DNA of 64,000 nucleotides from a virus, in IMG/VR virus record IMGVR_UViG_3300025648_000013; one strand, written 5' to 3'. Under the pieces are notes generated by a model. That model saw only the letters and a list, made by a program, of their open reading frames with translations, was not told where the DNA came from and ran no database searches. Below are positions 32,086 through 42,246 of this stretch, piece after piece (position 1 is the first letter of the stretch; every line of letters begins with the position of its first letter). The translations under genes were made by a program, and so were the position numbers.

Positions 32086-32222
32086 TAAAACGCCTCGCGC
32101 CCCTGCTGCTCACCCTCGCACTGCCTGCCTGCGGGCTGCACCCGCTCTATTCGAATGGGTCACACGGCGCGGCCGGGCAGTTCCTCGGCGATGTCGGCGG
32201 AGGAGCCACTGCGGGCGTGTAA
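32082..32222 (+). pseudogene. lptE: truncated LPS-assembly lipoprotein LptE
   Basis: [23 protein letters not shown] (lipobox) directly after leuS; breaks after about 38 codons. Confidence 0.75.
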
Positions 32223-32242
32223 GGCTGTGGAGCCAGCATGAT

Positions 32243-32295
32243 ATGCCAACCTTGCTGCGCATTGGCGCGTTCCGCTTTTACTTTTTCAGCCACGA
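32243..32295 (+). pseudogene. 5' fragment of a DUF4160-like gene
   Basis: MPTLLRIGAFRFYFFSH, then a junction. Confidence 0.6.
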
Positions 32296-32800
32296 TACCG
32301 ACAATGAGGCTGACAATGTTGATATCTTGAGCCCGCTCGCACATCGCGAGGAGCAATCGAGCGACGTTGGGCGCGTGGATATCGACCCCGAACAAAATCG
32401 GCAATTGCTTGACAATAATCGTGATTGCCAAACCAAACGCGAAGCCCCGCAAAACGGGGCGTGCGATGAAGCCGGACAGACTGCCCAACCGCAAATAGCC
32501 GGCAGCCACAAAGATCACCCCGGTCAGCGCGACAATCAGCGTTGCGAATACTTCCGGAGCTTCAATGGTTGTTCCTAGCCCGCCGATGGCTGCGGCGAGC
32601 ATCGCCGCTGACGAGGAGGTTGGCGCGACAATCGCGAACCGGCTCGTTCCAACGAGTGCATAAACGAGCCCACCGATGATCGCGGCGAAAATCGCATGTT
32701 GCGGTGCAAACCCCGCAATCGCCGCATAGGCGACCGCTTCCGGCAACATCAACCCTGCAACCGAAACACCCGCAATGAGATCGGCGCTACGCCCGCTCAT
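32288..32800 (-). pseudogene. 5' part of a SulP-family anion transporter
   Basis: DLIAGVSVAGLMLPEAVAYA..GTSR..PTSS..FIARPVLRGF..KQLP; truncated. Confidence 0.85.
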
Positions 32801-32812
32801 GCGCCCATCCGC

Positions 32813-33112
32813 TTACATTTTTTCAATCTTCGCCTGCAGTGCTGCCAATTGTGCTTTCAGATCAGCAACCTCATCCTTAATCTCCGGCGATGTCGAAGGC
32901 GCTGGTTGCGCGGCACCGGATGCAAGTCCGAACATTTCCATGTTGCGCTTGGCCAGTTCCGCGATTGGCCCTGCGGTAAAGGCACCTTCTAACGCCGAAC
33001 GGAACTGCTGCTGGTTCCGCTGGAAGGCTTCCATTGATGCTTCGAGATATTGTGGCACCATCGCCTGCATCGAATCACCGTACATCGAAATGAGTTGGCG
33101 CAAGAAATTGGC
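32813..33112 (-). pseudogene. phaR: 3' part of the PHA synthesis repressor PhaR
   Basis: NFLRQLISMYGDSMQAMVPQYLEASM..NMEMF. Confidence 0.85.
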
Positions 33113-33413
33113 TGCAATATATCTAGATTGCACAGATGAAGAGTTTCATGGTATTCACGAATCTGTGGACAAGTATCTGAAGCGCAAGGCTCCTAATGCT
33201 CCTGTTGATAAGGAAGCACTTAACAAGCTTCTAATGGATCATAGTAAGATTATTCGTGAACTGCGATCCAAGGGTATTATTATTTTGTATCACAGCAAGC
33301 AACCAGACAAACCCAAACCACCACGTAAGCCTAGGGCACCAAAGGTAGCACCAGAGCCATCTGCACCTGCTGCTCCAAAAAAGACTAGACAACCACGAAA
33401 GACTCGTGTATAA
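33113..33413 (+). pseudogene. 3' remnant of a phage gene whose start was replaced by the host insert
   Basis: AT-rich frame AIYLDCTDEEF..KKTRQPRKTRV* with no phage start. Confidence 0.55.
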
Positions 33414-33474
33414 GTAAAGTCAATAGCGCAGACGTATTCACGATCAACCTAGGCACTGTCAAGAATACGTCTCA

Positions 33475-33752
33475 TATAAATACTACTGGAAGTTTCTACT
33501 TCCATTGTACTCTTACAACGCTTCAAGTCTGCGATGGCTAGTAAGCATTATATCTACAGTATCACGTTATACTATCGATATGATTCAAACGAAACAACGA
33601 CGATCTTGCATTTCCAGTAAGAGGGAAATGGATGTAGAAGATACCATATACATTTACTTTGTATCTTCTCATAGCATAGCTGTCTGTACGGGTTGAGATA
33701 CCCTATAAGACTTTCAGTTGTCGCCTAGGTCTTCGAACCTAAGAGGGAAGAA
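33475..33752 (+). ncRNA. candidate structured late RNA or long 5' leader
   Basis: TATAAATA followed by about 270 nt with at least five hairpins. Confidence 0.4.
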
Positions 33753-34202
33753 ATGTCTTACCTAAATAAAATCTTCAAGGCGATTGCCACTCTCGCACTG
33801 TTGGTTGTAATACCACAAGCAATGGCACAAACACCAAAACACGATCAAGCGCAACTAGAATGCGTAGCACAGACAATCTATTTTGAAGCCCGTGGTGAGC
33901 CACTAAATGGCCAGGTTGCAGTTGCAAATGTAATAATGAATCGTGTAAAACAAGGCTATGCTAAAACTCCATGTGAAGTTATTGCTATGAAACACCAGTT
34001 TAGCTGGATTCATCACCATCCTAAGATTGTATATCAAGACCTATATGAAAAGAATAAGCAAGTTGCTCGTTCTGTTTACTACGGACATGTAGGAGACAAC
34101 ATTAATGGCGCAATCTTCTATCATGCAAACTATGTAAATCCACATTGGAAGTACAAGAGAGTTGTGACGATAGGTCATCACATATTCTATAAAATCGCAT
34201 AA
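33753..34202 (+). CDS. SleB-like cell-wall hydrolase with signal peptide
   Basis: IYFEARGE..AVANVIMNRV..QFSW..GAIFYHA..IGHHIFY. Confidence 0.92.
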   Translation: MSYLNKIFKAIATLALLVVIPQAMAQTPKHDQAQLECVAQTIYFEARGEPLNGQVAVANVIMNRVKQGYAKTPCEVIAMKHQFSWIHHHPKIVYQDLYEKNKQVARSVYYGHVGDNINGAIFYHANYVNPHWKYKRVVTIGHHIFYKIA

Positions 34203-34210
34203 ATAGATTT

Positions 34211-34236
34211 AGGGGTGGCTTCGGCTGCCCCTTTAT
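34211..34236 (+). terminator. intrinsic terminator
   Basis: AGGGGTGGC-TTCG-GCTGCCCCT-TT. Confidence 0.7.
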
Positions 34237-34263
34237 CTCTTGACAAAACATACAGGATCGACT

Positions 34264-34509
34264 ATGTATACTATATATTCAAAGCCAGGTTGCTCAAACT
34301 GTACAGCAGCCATAAATCTTCTCACATCAAAGTCCATTCCATTCGTTGAAATGGATATTACAGACGAAGAGACAAAGAATCGTCTACTAACTGAAGTGCC
34401 ACATGCGCGCACAGTACCACAGATTTTTTATAACGAAACATACATTGGAGGGTATAATGAACTCAATGAACGAATCAAAAACGAATCTACCAACGTCCTA
34501 TTTGGATAG
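34264..34509 (+). CDS. glutaredoxin
   Basis: CSNC, TVPQIF, IGGY. Confidence 0.92.
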   Translation: MYTIYSKPGCSNCTAAINLLTSKSIPFVEMDITDEETKNRLLTEVPHARTVPQIFYNETYIGGYNELNERIKNESTNVLFG

Positions 34510-34741
34510 TCTAAAACATTTCGAGTGTAAGGTCAAGTTTCAGAAGAAAGATGGTTCAGAAAGGACCATGCTTTGTACCTTGCGCCCAGATGCTCTACCG
34601 ATCCAGACTGACCTAGAAGAGCAGATCCAAAATCGTAAGATCAATGCTGATGTTGTATCAGTATGGGATCTAGAGAACAATGGCTGGCGATCATTCCGCA
34701 AAGATTCTGTTGTTGATTTCAGTGTAGGGGGTTTTGTATAA
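34457..34741 (+). CDS. WYL_2/SH3-like conserved T4-type protein
   Basis: VKFQKKDGSERTMLCTL..VWDLENNGWRSFR. Confidence 0.75.
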   Translation: MNSMNESKTNLPTSYLDSLKHFECKVKFQKKDGSERTMLCTLRPDALPIQTDLEEQIQNRKINADVVSVWDLENNGWRSFRKDSVVDFSVGGFV

Positions 34742-35556
34742 TGAAAACTTTTAAAGGCTTCTTGGAAGAAGCTCCCATAACAATTAATAATACACCAATG
34801 CACGGGTCACATTCTAAACCACCTATCGTAATCAATGTGCCTCCTATGCATGGTGATCATGCGAATGTGAAAGAAATTTCAGAAGCAGGTCATGGAGGAT
34901 TTGGAGATTTTAGACCTACAATTGATCCTCCAGACTTTGACAAAGAATATCCAAATCAAAATTCTCATCTCGGAGAAACTCATAAAGATGTTGATGGTGC
35001 ATTGGAGAAAGAGTATTCAAATATTCACCAGAACAATAGTTCTTTTTCCAATGCGCTTAAATCATACACAAAAGATTCAACTACAATAAACAATCACCTT
35101 ACACACAACGAAAGTCTACTACATAAATATTTACATCCTATAACGCACTCCAGGATAAGTGCTTTGGATTCTCAGTTGACTTCTCCAGACACAAAATTGA
35201 AACATGATTTACACGTATATCATGGAACATCTGCTTTTAATCCAGATCAAGAAGCATCAAAGCATCCAGACCGAAAGATCAAAATGCCGATGTTTTTATC
35301 AACATCTATTAATCCAAAAATTGCACATAATTTTGCGGCATCTGGTGATGGACACAAAGATGGTACTAAAAGACATATATTGCATATTCACTTAAAAAAG
35401 GGTCAGCAGGGTGGAGTGTATATAGGAAGAAAAAGTAAATTCTCCAATAATGAATATGAGCAACTTTTACCAAGAGATACAACTCTAAAGGTTCATACAT
35501 TGCCTACTGTACTAAGTGATGGTACACATATATGGCATGCTCATTTAGCAGATTAG
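34741..35556 (+). CDS. ADP-ribosyltransferase (Alt/VIP2-like)
   Basis: YT..IN..L, VYHG, FLSTS, EYEQLLPR; MKTFKGFLEE N-terminus. Confidence 0.8.
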   Translation: MKTFKGFLEEAPITINNTPMHGSHSKPPIVINVPPMHGDHANVKEISEAGHGGFGDFRPTIDPPDFDKEYPNQNSHLGETHKDVDGALEKEYSNIHQNNSSFSNALKSYTKDSTTINNHLTHNESLLHKYLHPITHSRISALDSQLTSPDTKLKHDLHVYHGTSAFNPDQEASKHPDRKIKMPMFLSTSINPKIAHNFAASGDGHKDGTKRHILHIHLKKGQQGGVYIGRKSKFSNNEYEQLLPRDTTLKVHTLPTVLSDGTHIWHAHLAD

Positions 35557-35733
35557 GAACATAGAATATGAACGAACTAACACGCTGGGAATATATCCGA
35601 GCATTTATTGCTAAGTGGATTGTGATCAACATTGCAGCACGTATTAGCAGTCTCGCAGTGGCGTCACTGATGATAGAAACATATGAACTTTATCATCAAA
35701 AACTAACAGAAGAAATGGAAGCGGTGGAACCAA

Positions 35734-36693
35734 ATGAGCAATCATGACCTAATGGAACGCAATGAGTTAAACAAGAACTCAAAGGGTGGTACAGAACTAC
35801 TACAAGAACGTCTATATGCGGGTGGTGTTCCTCGTGAACTTCTAGAAGACACACAGATTGTTTTCTCACGCGCTCGTGAACTAGACGAAACCAAGACGAA
35901 GATTTACTACTGCCATGATCTACCAGAAGATCCAGAGTCGTCGCGACTTTCTGATCCAATGTATCGTAAGAAGTTTGATAAGTTTGTTTTCGTTTCAAAC
36001 TGGCAGATGGAACAATACAACAACGTTCGTGGTGTACCATATAGCGATTCTGTTGTCATTAAAAACTCTATTGAACCTATCGACACTATAGCAAAGACTA
36101 TTGATGATAAAAAGATCCGATTGATCTACACACCTACTCCACATCGTGGTCTAGATATTCTGGTACCAGTCTTCATCAAGCTAGCCGAGAACGATCCCAA
36201 CATCGTTCTGGATGTTTATTCATCATTCAAACTTTATGGATGGGAACAGCGCGATCAACAGTATGAAGAGTTGTTTGAAATCTGTCGCCAGCATCCACAG
36301 ATTAACTATCACGGCTCTGTAAGCAACGAAGATTTGCGCAACGCATTGTTGAACGCAGACATCTTTGCATATCCTTCAATCTGGAAAGAAACATCCTGTC
36401 TTTGTTTGATCGAAGCCATGTCTGCTGGTCTACTCTGCATTCATCCTAATCTAGCAGCACTACCAGAAACTTCTATGGGCTTGACATGGATGTATCAGTG
36501 GAGCGAAGATAAGAATCATCATGCAAACTCATTCTATCAGGTTCTTTCACAGGGTATCAACGTTATGCGTAATCAAAGAGACTTGATTGCACAGGATCTT
36601 TATCTACAGAAAATCCAAGCAGATCGTACATACAACTGGAACACTAAAGCAATGGAATGGTCAGGCCTTCTAGAATCTCTAAAAAATAAATAA
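35734..36693 (+). CDS. GT-B (GT4-like) glycosyltransferase
   Basis: GGTE, PHRGL, YPSIWKETSCLCLIEAMSAG. Confidence 0.88.
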   Translation: MSNHDLMERNELNKNSKGGTELLQERLYAGGVPRELLEDTQIVFSRARELDETKTKIYYCHDLPEDPESSRLSDPMYRKKFDKFVFVSNWQMEQYNNVRGVPYSDSVVIKNSIEPIDTIAKTIDDKKIRLIYTPTPHRGLDILVPVFIKLAENDPNIVLDVYSSFKLYGWEQRDQQYEELFEICRQHPQINYHGSVSNEDLRNALLNADIFAYPSIWKETSCLCLIEAMSAGLLCIHPNLAALPETSMGLTWMYQWSEDKNHHANSFYQVLSQGINVMRNQRDLIAQDLYLQKIQADRTYNWNTKAMEWSGLLESLKNK

Positions 36694-36712
36694 AGTTAGA
36701 CAGGAGACTTGT

Positions 36713-37081
36713 GTGAATACCAACACAGCCATTTCTACTAATGTGTCTATTGAGATAAAATCAAACATAATCCAGTTCCCGTTGAAGAACAGAACAAACT
36801 TCACGCAAGAACACTTAGAAGAGATGCGAGAGCAGGCGCTTCTAAACAAGATTGATTTTGTTGGATTTGTAACCGATGAGTTGATGGAAGAGTTGTTCTT
36901 CAAAGTTGGTATGCTTGGGTTCAACTTTGATGACGATGACTTCACCAAAGATGTTGCATTAGTGATCGAATCTTTACGATCTTTGATTCTAAAGAGTATG
37001 GGTGTCAATCATGGGCTGCAACAGGCGGCTCAGCAGTTGATTGATTTCCCAGAAATTGATGATGAAGATTTTGAGGAATAA
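36713..37081 (+). CDS. hypothetical protein
   Basis: NIIQFP motif; GGAG SD. Confidence 0.6.
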   Translation: MNTNTAISTNVSIEIKSNIIQFPLKNRTNFTQEHLEEMREQALLNKIDFVGFVTDELMEELFFKVGMLGFNFDDDDFTKDVALVIESLRSLILKSMGVNHGLQQAAQQLIDFPEIDDEDFEE

Positions 37082-37143
37082 CTCTTTATATTATATCAAA
37101 AATGTTGTATATATAGAATGTAACAACATGAAAGCAACCTACT

Positions 37144-37989
37144 ATGATTATCGTGGATTTTTCACAGATTATGATTTCGACTCTTATGGTACAGATTGGA
37201 AACCATAAGAATGTAAAGATTGAAGAAGATATTATTCGGCATATGGTGTTGAATGCTCTTCGCGCACACAAGGTGAAGTTTACTGCCGAGTTTGGTGAGA
37301 TGGTCATTGCCTGCGATGACAAGAACTATTGGCGCAAGCAGGTTTACCCCTATTACAAAGCCAATCGCAAGAAGGAACGCGATGCGTCCGAACTTGACTG
37401 GAATGCAGTGTTTGAAACGCTGAACAAGATTCGTCAAGAAATCAAAGACTTCTTTCCCTATAAAGTCATTCAGGTAGAACATGCCGAAGCGGATGACATC
37501 ATTGCAACTCTTGTCAAGCAATATCATTTGCGCGAAAACATTCTGATTCTTTCAGGCGACAAAGACTTTGGTCAGTTGCAGAAGTATCCTAACGTCAAGC
37601 AATACAGCCCTGTACTCAAAAAGTACATCACTTGTACAAATCCTGACTTGTTTCTCAAGGAACATATCATGAAGGGCGATGCGTCTGACGGCATTCCTAA
37701 CTTTCTGTCTGCTGACAATGTTTTTGTGATGGGAGTTCGTCAATCGCCTATCACCTCTAAGAAGTTGTCGGCTTGGATTCTACAAGAACCCGAACAGTTT
37801 TGTAATGAAAATATGTTGCGCAATTACAAGCGCAATCAACTGTTGATTGATCTTGATTGTATTCCTACTGAAATCTCAGAGCAAGTTCTGGAACAGTACA
37901 ATACTCAGAAGAAAGATCGTAGCAAACTGTTCAACTATTTTGTAGAAAATCGTTTGAAGAATCTCCTAGAGTGTGTTGGTGATTTTTAA
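37144..37989 (+). CDS. rnh: T4-type RNase H / 5' nuclease
   Basis: YWRK..YYKANRK, EADD, SGDKDF, GDASDGIPN. Confidence 0.95.
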   Translation: MIIVDFSQIMISTLMVQIGNHKNVKIEEDIIRHMVLNALRAHKVKFTAEFGEMVIACDDKNYWRKQVYPYYKANRKKERDASELDWNAVFETLNKIRQEIKDFFPYKVIQVEHAEADDIIATLVKQYHLRENILILSGDKDFGQLQKYPNVKQYSPVLKKYITCTNPDLFLKEHIMKGDASDGIPNFLSADNVFVMGVRQSPITSKKLSAWILQEPEQFCNENMLRNYKRNQLLIDLDCIPTEISEQVLEQYNTQKKDRSKLFNYFVENRLKNLLECVGDF

Positions 37990-38203
37990 GATGGATATTT
38001 TAAAACATATTGATGATACGACAAACACTATTCGTGAAGATTGCTAATGAGTCGAAAAAGAGTTGGGCCACCAAAGATCAGTAAAGTTAAAACAACAAAA
38101 AGCGGCTCAACTCGCACATACACAAAAAGTTTGAGCGGTAAATGGTCTATTACAGGTTGGAGTGGAAAGACTCCTCGAAGAAAGAAATGATAGGGAATAA
38201 ACA

Positions 38204-38704
38204 ATGTTAGGTATCTCAGAGATTTTGAATAAGATTGACGCTGAACCAGATTACGAAAAGCGTCGTAGTATGCTAGCCGCAAACGTAAACAATCCTACGT
38301 TTATGGAAATCCTAAAGATGACATATCATCCTGGTGTTCGCTGGCTTCTACCAGAAGGTGCACCTCCATACAAGCCATGTCAGTTTCTAGATCAGCAAGC
38401 AATGCTCTATAACACTTTCCGCAAGATGTATCTTTGGGTTGGGCCAGAAAATCCAAACATCTCGAAGGCAAAGCGTGAAGCATTGTTCGTAAACTTTTTG
38501 GAAGCACTTGATCCTGCTGATGCTAAACTTATCTTGGCAGTCAAGGACCGCAATCTTCCATATGTAAACATCGATGAACAACTCGTTCGTAGTGTATTCA
38601 CACTTTTGCTTCCACCTAAGCAGGAAGCAGATACAACAGTAGCAGAACCAGCCCCAGTCAATCGTCATCGCGGTCGCCCTAAGAAAGTAGCCGTAAATGC
38701 ATAA
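38204..38704 (+). CDS. conserved T4-like hypothetical protein
   Basis: WLLPEGAPPY..KREALF..LEAL. Confidence 0.65.
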   Translation: MLGISEILNKIDAEPDYEKRRSMLAANVNNPTFMEILKMTYHPGVRWLLPEGAPPYKPCQFLDQQAMLYNTFRKMYLWVGPENPNISKAKREALFVNFLEALDPADAKLILAVKDRNLPYVNIDEQLVRSVFTLLLPPKQEADTTVAEPAPVNRHRGRPKKVAVNA

Positions 38705-38867
38705 GTCTAAGAAGGTCATGAAGTTCAAGGATTGGTACGAAGAATACGAAGTGAACAATACTTCTCAGTTGAGAGAGTATCGTGAACACAAGAAAAATAA
38801 ACGTCTAAGTAGAGCAATCAAAACACTTGATATTGACCAACTTTTACAAATGGAAGACGATGAATAG

Positions 38868-39230
38868 ATGAGTTATTGGGGTTATCACCTACTTTTGGAT
38901 TGCGGCGGATGTGATATCGCTTCAATCACAAATCCAGAAAAACTAGAGCATTGGGTAAAGGAACTTGTCAAACGTATTGACATGATTCCTTATGGTGAAC
39001 CCCAGATTCTTCACTTCGGTCACAATGAAGTTCATCTAGAAGGATGGACAGTGATTCAACTCATAGAGACAAGCAACATCATTGCACACTTCAATGATCA
39101 CACAGGAGAAGGATACATCGACATCTTCTCTTGCCGTGAATATGACATCGATGATGCTATCAATGTTGTCAATGAGTTTTTCAGCCCAGCTAGAATCCGC
39201 AAGACTTTTATCACGCGGCAAGCAGACTGA
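38868..39230 (+). CDS. speD: SpeD-like pyruvoyl-dependent decarboxylase
   Basis: GYHLLLD, QLIETSNIIAH, YIDIFSC. Confidence 0.8.
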   Translation: MSYWGYHLLLDCGGCDIASITNPEKLEHWVKELVKRIDMIPYGEPQILHFGHNEVHLEGWTVIQLIETSNIIAHFNDHTGEGYIDIFSCREYDIDDAINVVNEFFSPARIRKTFITRQAD

Positions 39231-39259
39231 TTTTATAAGTAATCGTAAGGAGTAACTAC

Positions 39260-39571
39260 ATGCCAATGTACCAATACCTCATTCCTGAAACACAAGAAAC
39301 GTGGGACGAGTTGTGGTCTTATGCATCACACAAGCAGTTTCTCCAAGACAATCCACACATTCAGCAAGTATTTCATATGCCTATGCTCGTAGGTGGTACT
39401 GGTGATCGTGTAAAAACCGACAGTGGTATGAACGATGTTCTAAGTCGCATCGCCGCTGCTAATCCATTTTCTCCACTCGCAGAGAAACATGGCTCTAAGG
39501 GGATTAAAGAAACAAAGACTCGTCAAGCGGTCAACAAAGTAAAGCAGAAGCTTGGCGGTGCTTTGACATAA
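39260..39571 (+). CDS. FmdB-like hypothetical protein
   Basis: MPMYQY..FLQDNPHI; late promoter TATAAGTA. Confidence 0.6.
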   Translation: MPMYQYLIPETQETWDELWSYASHKQFLQDNPHIQQVFHMPMLVGGTGDRVKTDSGMNDVLSRIAAANPFSPLAEKHGSKGIKETKTRQAVNKVKQKLGGALT

Positions 39572-39610
39572 TGTGCCGGTGACTTAACGTAAAACCGATT
39601 AAGGAGTCTT

Positions 39611-40381
39611 ATGGCTACGACAAGAGCGGAAAAGCGAGACCGTAATAGACAAAGTAGACAAAACAGAGAGAGAACATCAGAAGATAAACTAAAACTGTAT
39701 CTATCTAAAATATCACCTGCGACGGACAACCAACGCAGATCCTTTGAATACTATGATGGTGGTAAGAACCTTTTGCTCCATGGAGTTCCTGGTTCTGGCA
39801 AATCCTTCATCAGTCTATATCTTGCTCTTGAAGAGGTAATGGAAGACTTAAACAAACCTCGTAAAGTAGTCATCATTAGAAGCGCACAATCATCTAAGGC
39901 TATCGGTTTTCTACCAGGTAGCGCGGCTCAAAAGATGGAAGTCTTTGAAGCGCCTTACATCTCCATTTGCGCAAAACTATTCGGCCGCGGAGATGCGTAC
40001 AACATCCTAAAACAAAAAGGCATTGTTGAGTTTGAGTCAACATCATTCCTTCGTGGAACCACAATCGACAATGCGATTATTATTGTTGACGAAGCACAAA
40101 ATCTATCGTATATGGAGTTAAAGACGATTCTTACCCGAGTCGGGGAAGGGTCGCGCGTGATCGTATGCGGAGACATCAATCAAGATGACTTGACAAGTTC
40201 GCGTTACAATGAGACATCTGGGCTTAAAGCTATGCTGTTGATTCTGATGAAGATTCCTTCTATCAGAAAAGTTGAGTTCGAAGTGGATGATATCGTTCGT
40301 TCTGGATTTGTCCGTGAGTTTATTTTAGCAGAACTACAACAGATTGGTTATTTTCGTGATACAGAAGAAGTTCAGGCATAA
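39611..40381 (+). CDS. phoH: PhoH-family ATPase
   Basis: GVPGSGKS, FLRGTT, VDEAQN, GDINQ, DIVRSG. Confidence 0.93.
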   Translation: MATTRAEKRDRNRQSRQNRERTSEDKLKLYLSKISPATDNQRRSFEYYDGGKNLLLHGVPGSGKSFISLYLALEEVMEDLNKPRKVVIIRSAQSSKAIGFLPGSAAQKMEVFEAPYISICAKLFGRGDAYNILKQKGIVEFESTSFLRGTTIDNAIIIVDEAQNLSYMELKTILTRVGEGSRVIVCGDINQDDLTSSRYNETSGLKAMLLILMKIPSIRKVEFEVDDIVRSGFVREFILAELQQIGYFRDTEEVQA

Positions 40382-41057
40382 TCTTGTAACACTGCCTGGT
40401 ATTGATAGGATTGATGGTGATGATACCACGGGAAGGCTTTATCGTCTTCCCGATGGTTCTAAAGTTCCGTCTGTAACCACTGTCCTAGGGTGGTACAAGA
40501 GACCACAGTTGGCGGAATGGCGCAAGAGGCTTGGTGAGGAAGAAGTTCAAAAGGTTTTGAAAAGAACTTCTAGTCGTGGTACCAAAGTTCATGCTATCTG
40601 TGAAGATTATCTACACAATAAAGAGATTGACAAAGACAAAGTAGATCCATTTGCATTGTTTTTGTTTACATCCATTCAAAAGTTTATTGATCGTATTGAC
40701 AATGTTCTTGGTGTTGAGTTGCAGATGTACTCCAATCATCTTGGAGTTGCTGGAACTGCTGACGTTATTGCAGACTTTGATGACCGTAGGTCTATCATCG
40801 ACTTCAAGACATCAGATAAACCTAAGAAAGAGGAGTGGATTGATACATACTTCATGCAGATGGCCATCTATGCGGTCATGTATGAAGAACTAACTGGTGT
40901 ACCTGTGAATAATCTTGTTGTTATCATTGCAGTAGAGAACAGCGAACCTCAGTTGTTCATCCAAAGAAGAAACCAGTGGATTGGAAAAGCAGTCAATGTC
41001 ATCAACACATACTACGATTATCACGGATTAACTCGTGGACAAATCACCAAAGTTTAA
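40344..41057 (+). CDS. PD-(D/E)XK exonuclease
   Basis: PSVTTVL, RGTKVH, AGTAD, IIDFKTS, QMAIYA. Confidence 0.88.
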   Translation: MVIFVIQKKFRHNLVTLPGIDRIDGDDTTGRLYRLPDGSKVPSVTTVLGWYKRPQLAEWRKRLGEEEVQKVLKRTSSRGTKVHAICEDYLHNKEIDKDKVDPFALFLFTSIQKFIDRIDNVLGVELQMYSNHLGVAGTADVIADFDDRRSIIDFKTSDKPKKEEWIDTYFMQMAIYAVMYEELTGVPVNNLVVIIAVENSEPQLFIQRRNQWIGKAVNVINTYYDYHGLTRGQITKV

Positions 41058-41235
41058 GAAACGCTATTTTCTGATTTTTATAACAGAAGAATCGGGTCGT
41101 GAAACCGATATCGACTATATCGGGCTGAACGCAAAGTCATTCAAAGACGCAAAACGAATCGCTAGATGTGTCTATGGTGAGCATGGACCAAATCATATAG
41201 TTTACAAAAACGTAGAGGTGTGAGACGAATCTAGC

Positions 41236-41297
41236 TTGACATTTTATCGCGAATCGTCTATTGTCAGAAAGTAGACAAAGAGAGAAAGTGATTCGCG
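41236..41297 (+). promoter_or_regulatory. early promoter with GANTC sites
   Basis: TTGACA..CGAATCG..TATTGT; GTGATTCGCG-ATG. Confidence 0.7.
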
Positions 41298-41582
41298 ATG
41301 GTCAAGTTTGAAAAAGCCAACTTCGAATATCACGGTGGATACCTTCACTACAACCACAACGGCGAACGTAAGTTTGTCGCCCGCTTCAAGCATCGTGGTC
41401 CAGTCAACAAGGCTAAGTTTCTTGCGGTTCTGAAAAAGCACTACAGCGTTGACGAATATTTTGCCAAGATTGCTGCTGGTCGCGCTCCTCTTCAGATTTT
41501 TAAAGATGATGGTCTTCTGTCGTTTCATTACGGTGAGCATGGCGCTCACAACTACTTTGTTCTTGATGGAAAGGTGATCTAA
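41298..41582 (+). CDS. early hypothetical protein
   Basis: KFVARFK motif; follows an early promoter. Confidence 0.65.
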   Translation: MVKFEKANFEYHGGYLHYNHNGERKFVARFKHRGPVNKAKFLAVLKKHYSVDEYFAKIAAGRAPLQIFKDDGLLSFHYGEHGAHNYFVLDGKVI

Positions 41583-41935
41583 TGACTGTTGAAGTACGAA
41601 ATCGTTCCCCAGAATCATGGGGACCACTAGCTGACACTGATGAAAAGACTTTTTGTTCTATTATCAATGGTCGTGATGCCAAAGATAATCTGAAGGCACA
41701 TATCAAGAAGCAGAAGAAACTGAAGACATTTCGGGTGACATACGTCCGTCAACTGGTGTCGGACTTCTTTGAAGTTCGATCGGTAGACAGTTATGGTGTT
41801 GACGCCGCAGCCCGAAAGTTTTATCAAGAAAACAAAGACCAGATTGTGTTTCGTGAAAAGGTGAAGTCCGACTGGGCGAAAAGGTATAATGATGACGAAT
41901 ACGATTCTATTTCTTTTAAACAGGTGAGTAAATGA
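41582..41935 (+). CDS. hypothetical protein
   Basis: TAATG coupling. Confidence 0.55.
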   Translation: MTVEVRNRSPESWGPLADTDEKTFCSIINGRDAKDNLKAHIKKQKKLKTFRVTYVRQLVSDFFEVRSVDSYGVDAAARKFYQENKDQIVFREKVKSDWAKRYNDDEYDSISFKQVSK

Positions 41936-42186
41936 AAACTTTTCTATATGCAGCCGGCATTCCTCTGGCTTTATTCACAATCTTTTATGGGCTTCCTCGT
42001 CTGGATCGTGACGGCAAACCCATGTGTAATACAGGAAACTGAAATGACTGTTACTGAAATCGTTAATGAACTTCTACTAGAAATGGAACTTCTAGAAATG
42101 CAAGAATACACGCTAGCCGCTGAAACCATTCGGAAGTTTCTTCGCATCGCCACTCCGATTCAGGTCAAGGCTCTCGAAGATTTCGT

Positions 42187-42246
42187 TTGACATTATTCAC
42201 GAATCGTGTATGGTGAGAATGTAGCAAAGAGAAAAGGTGATTCGTT
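42187..42246 (+). promoter_or_regulatory. early promoter with GANTC sites
   Basis: TTGACA..CGAATCG..TATGGT; AAGGTGATTCGTT-ATG. Confidence 0.72.
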
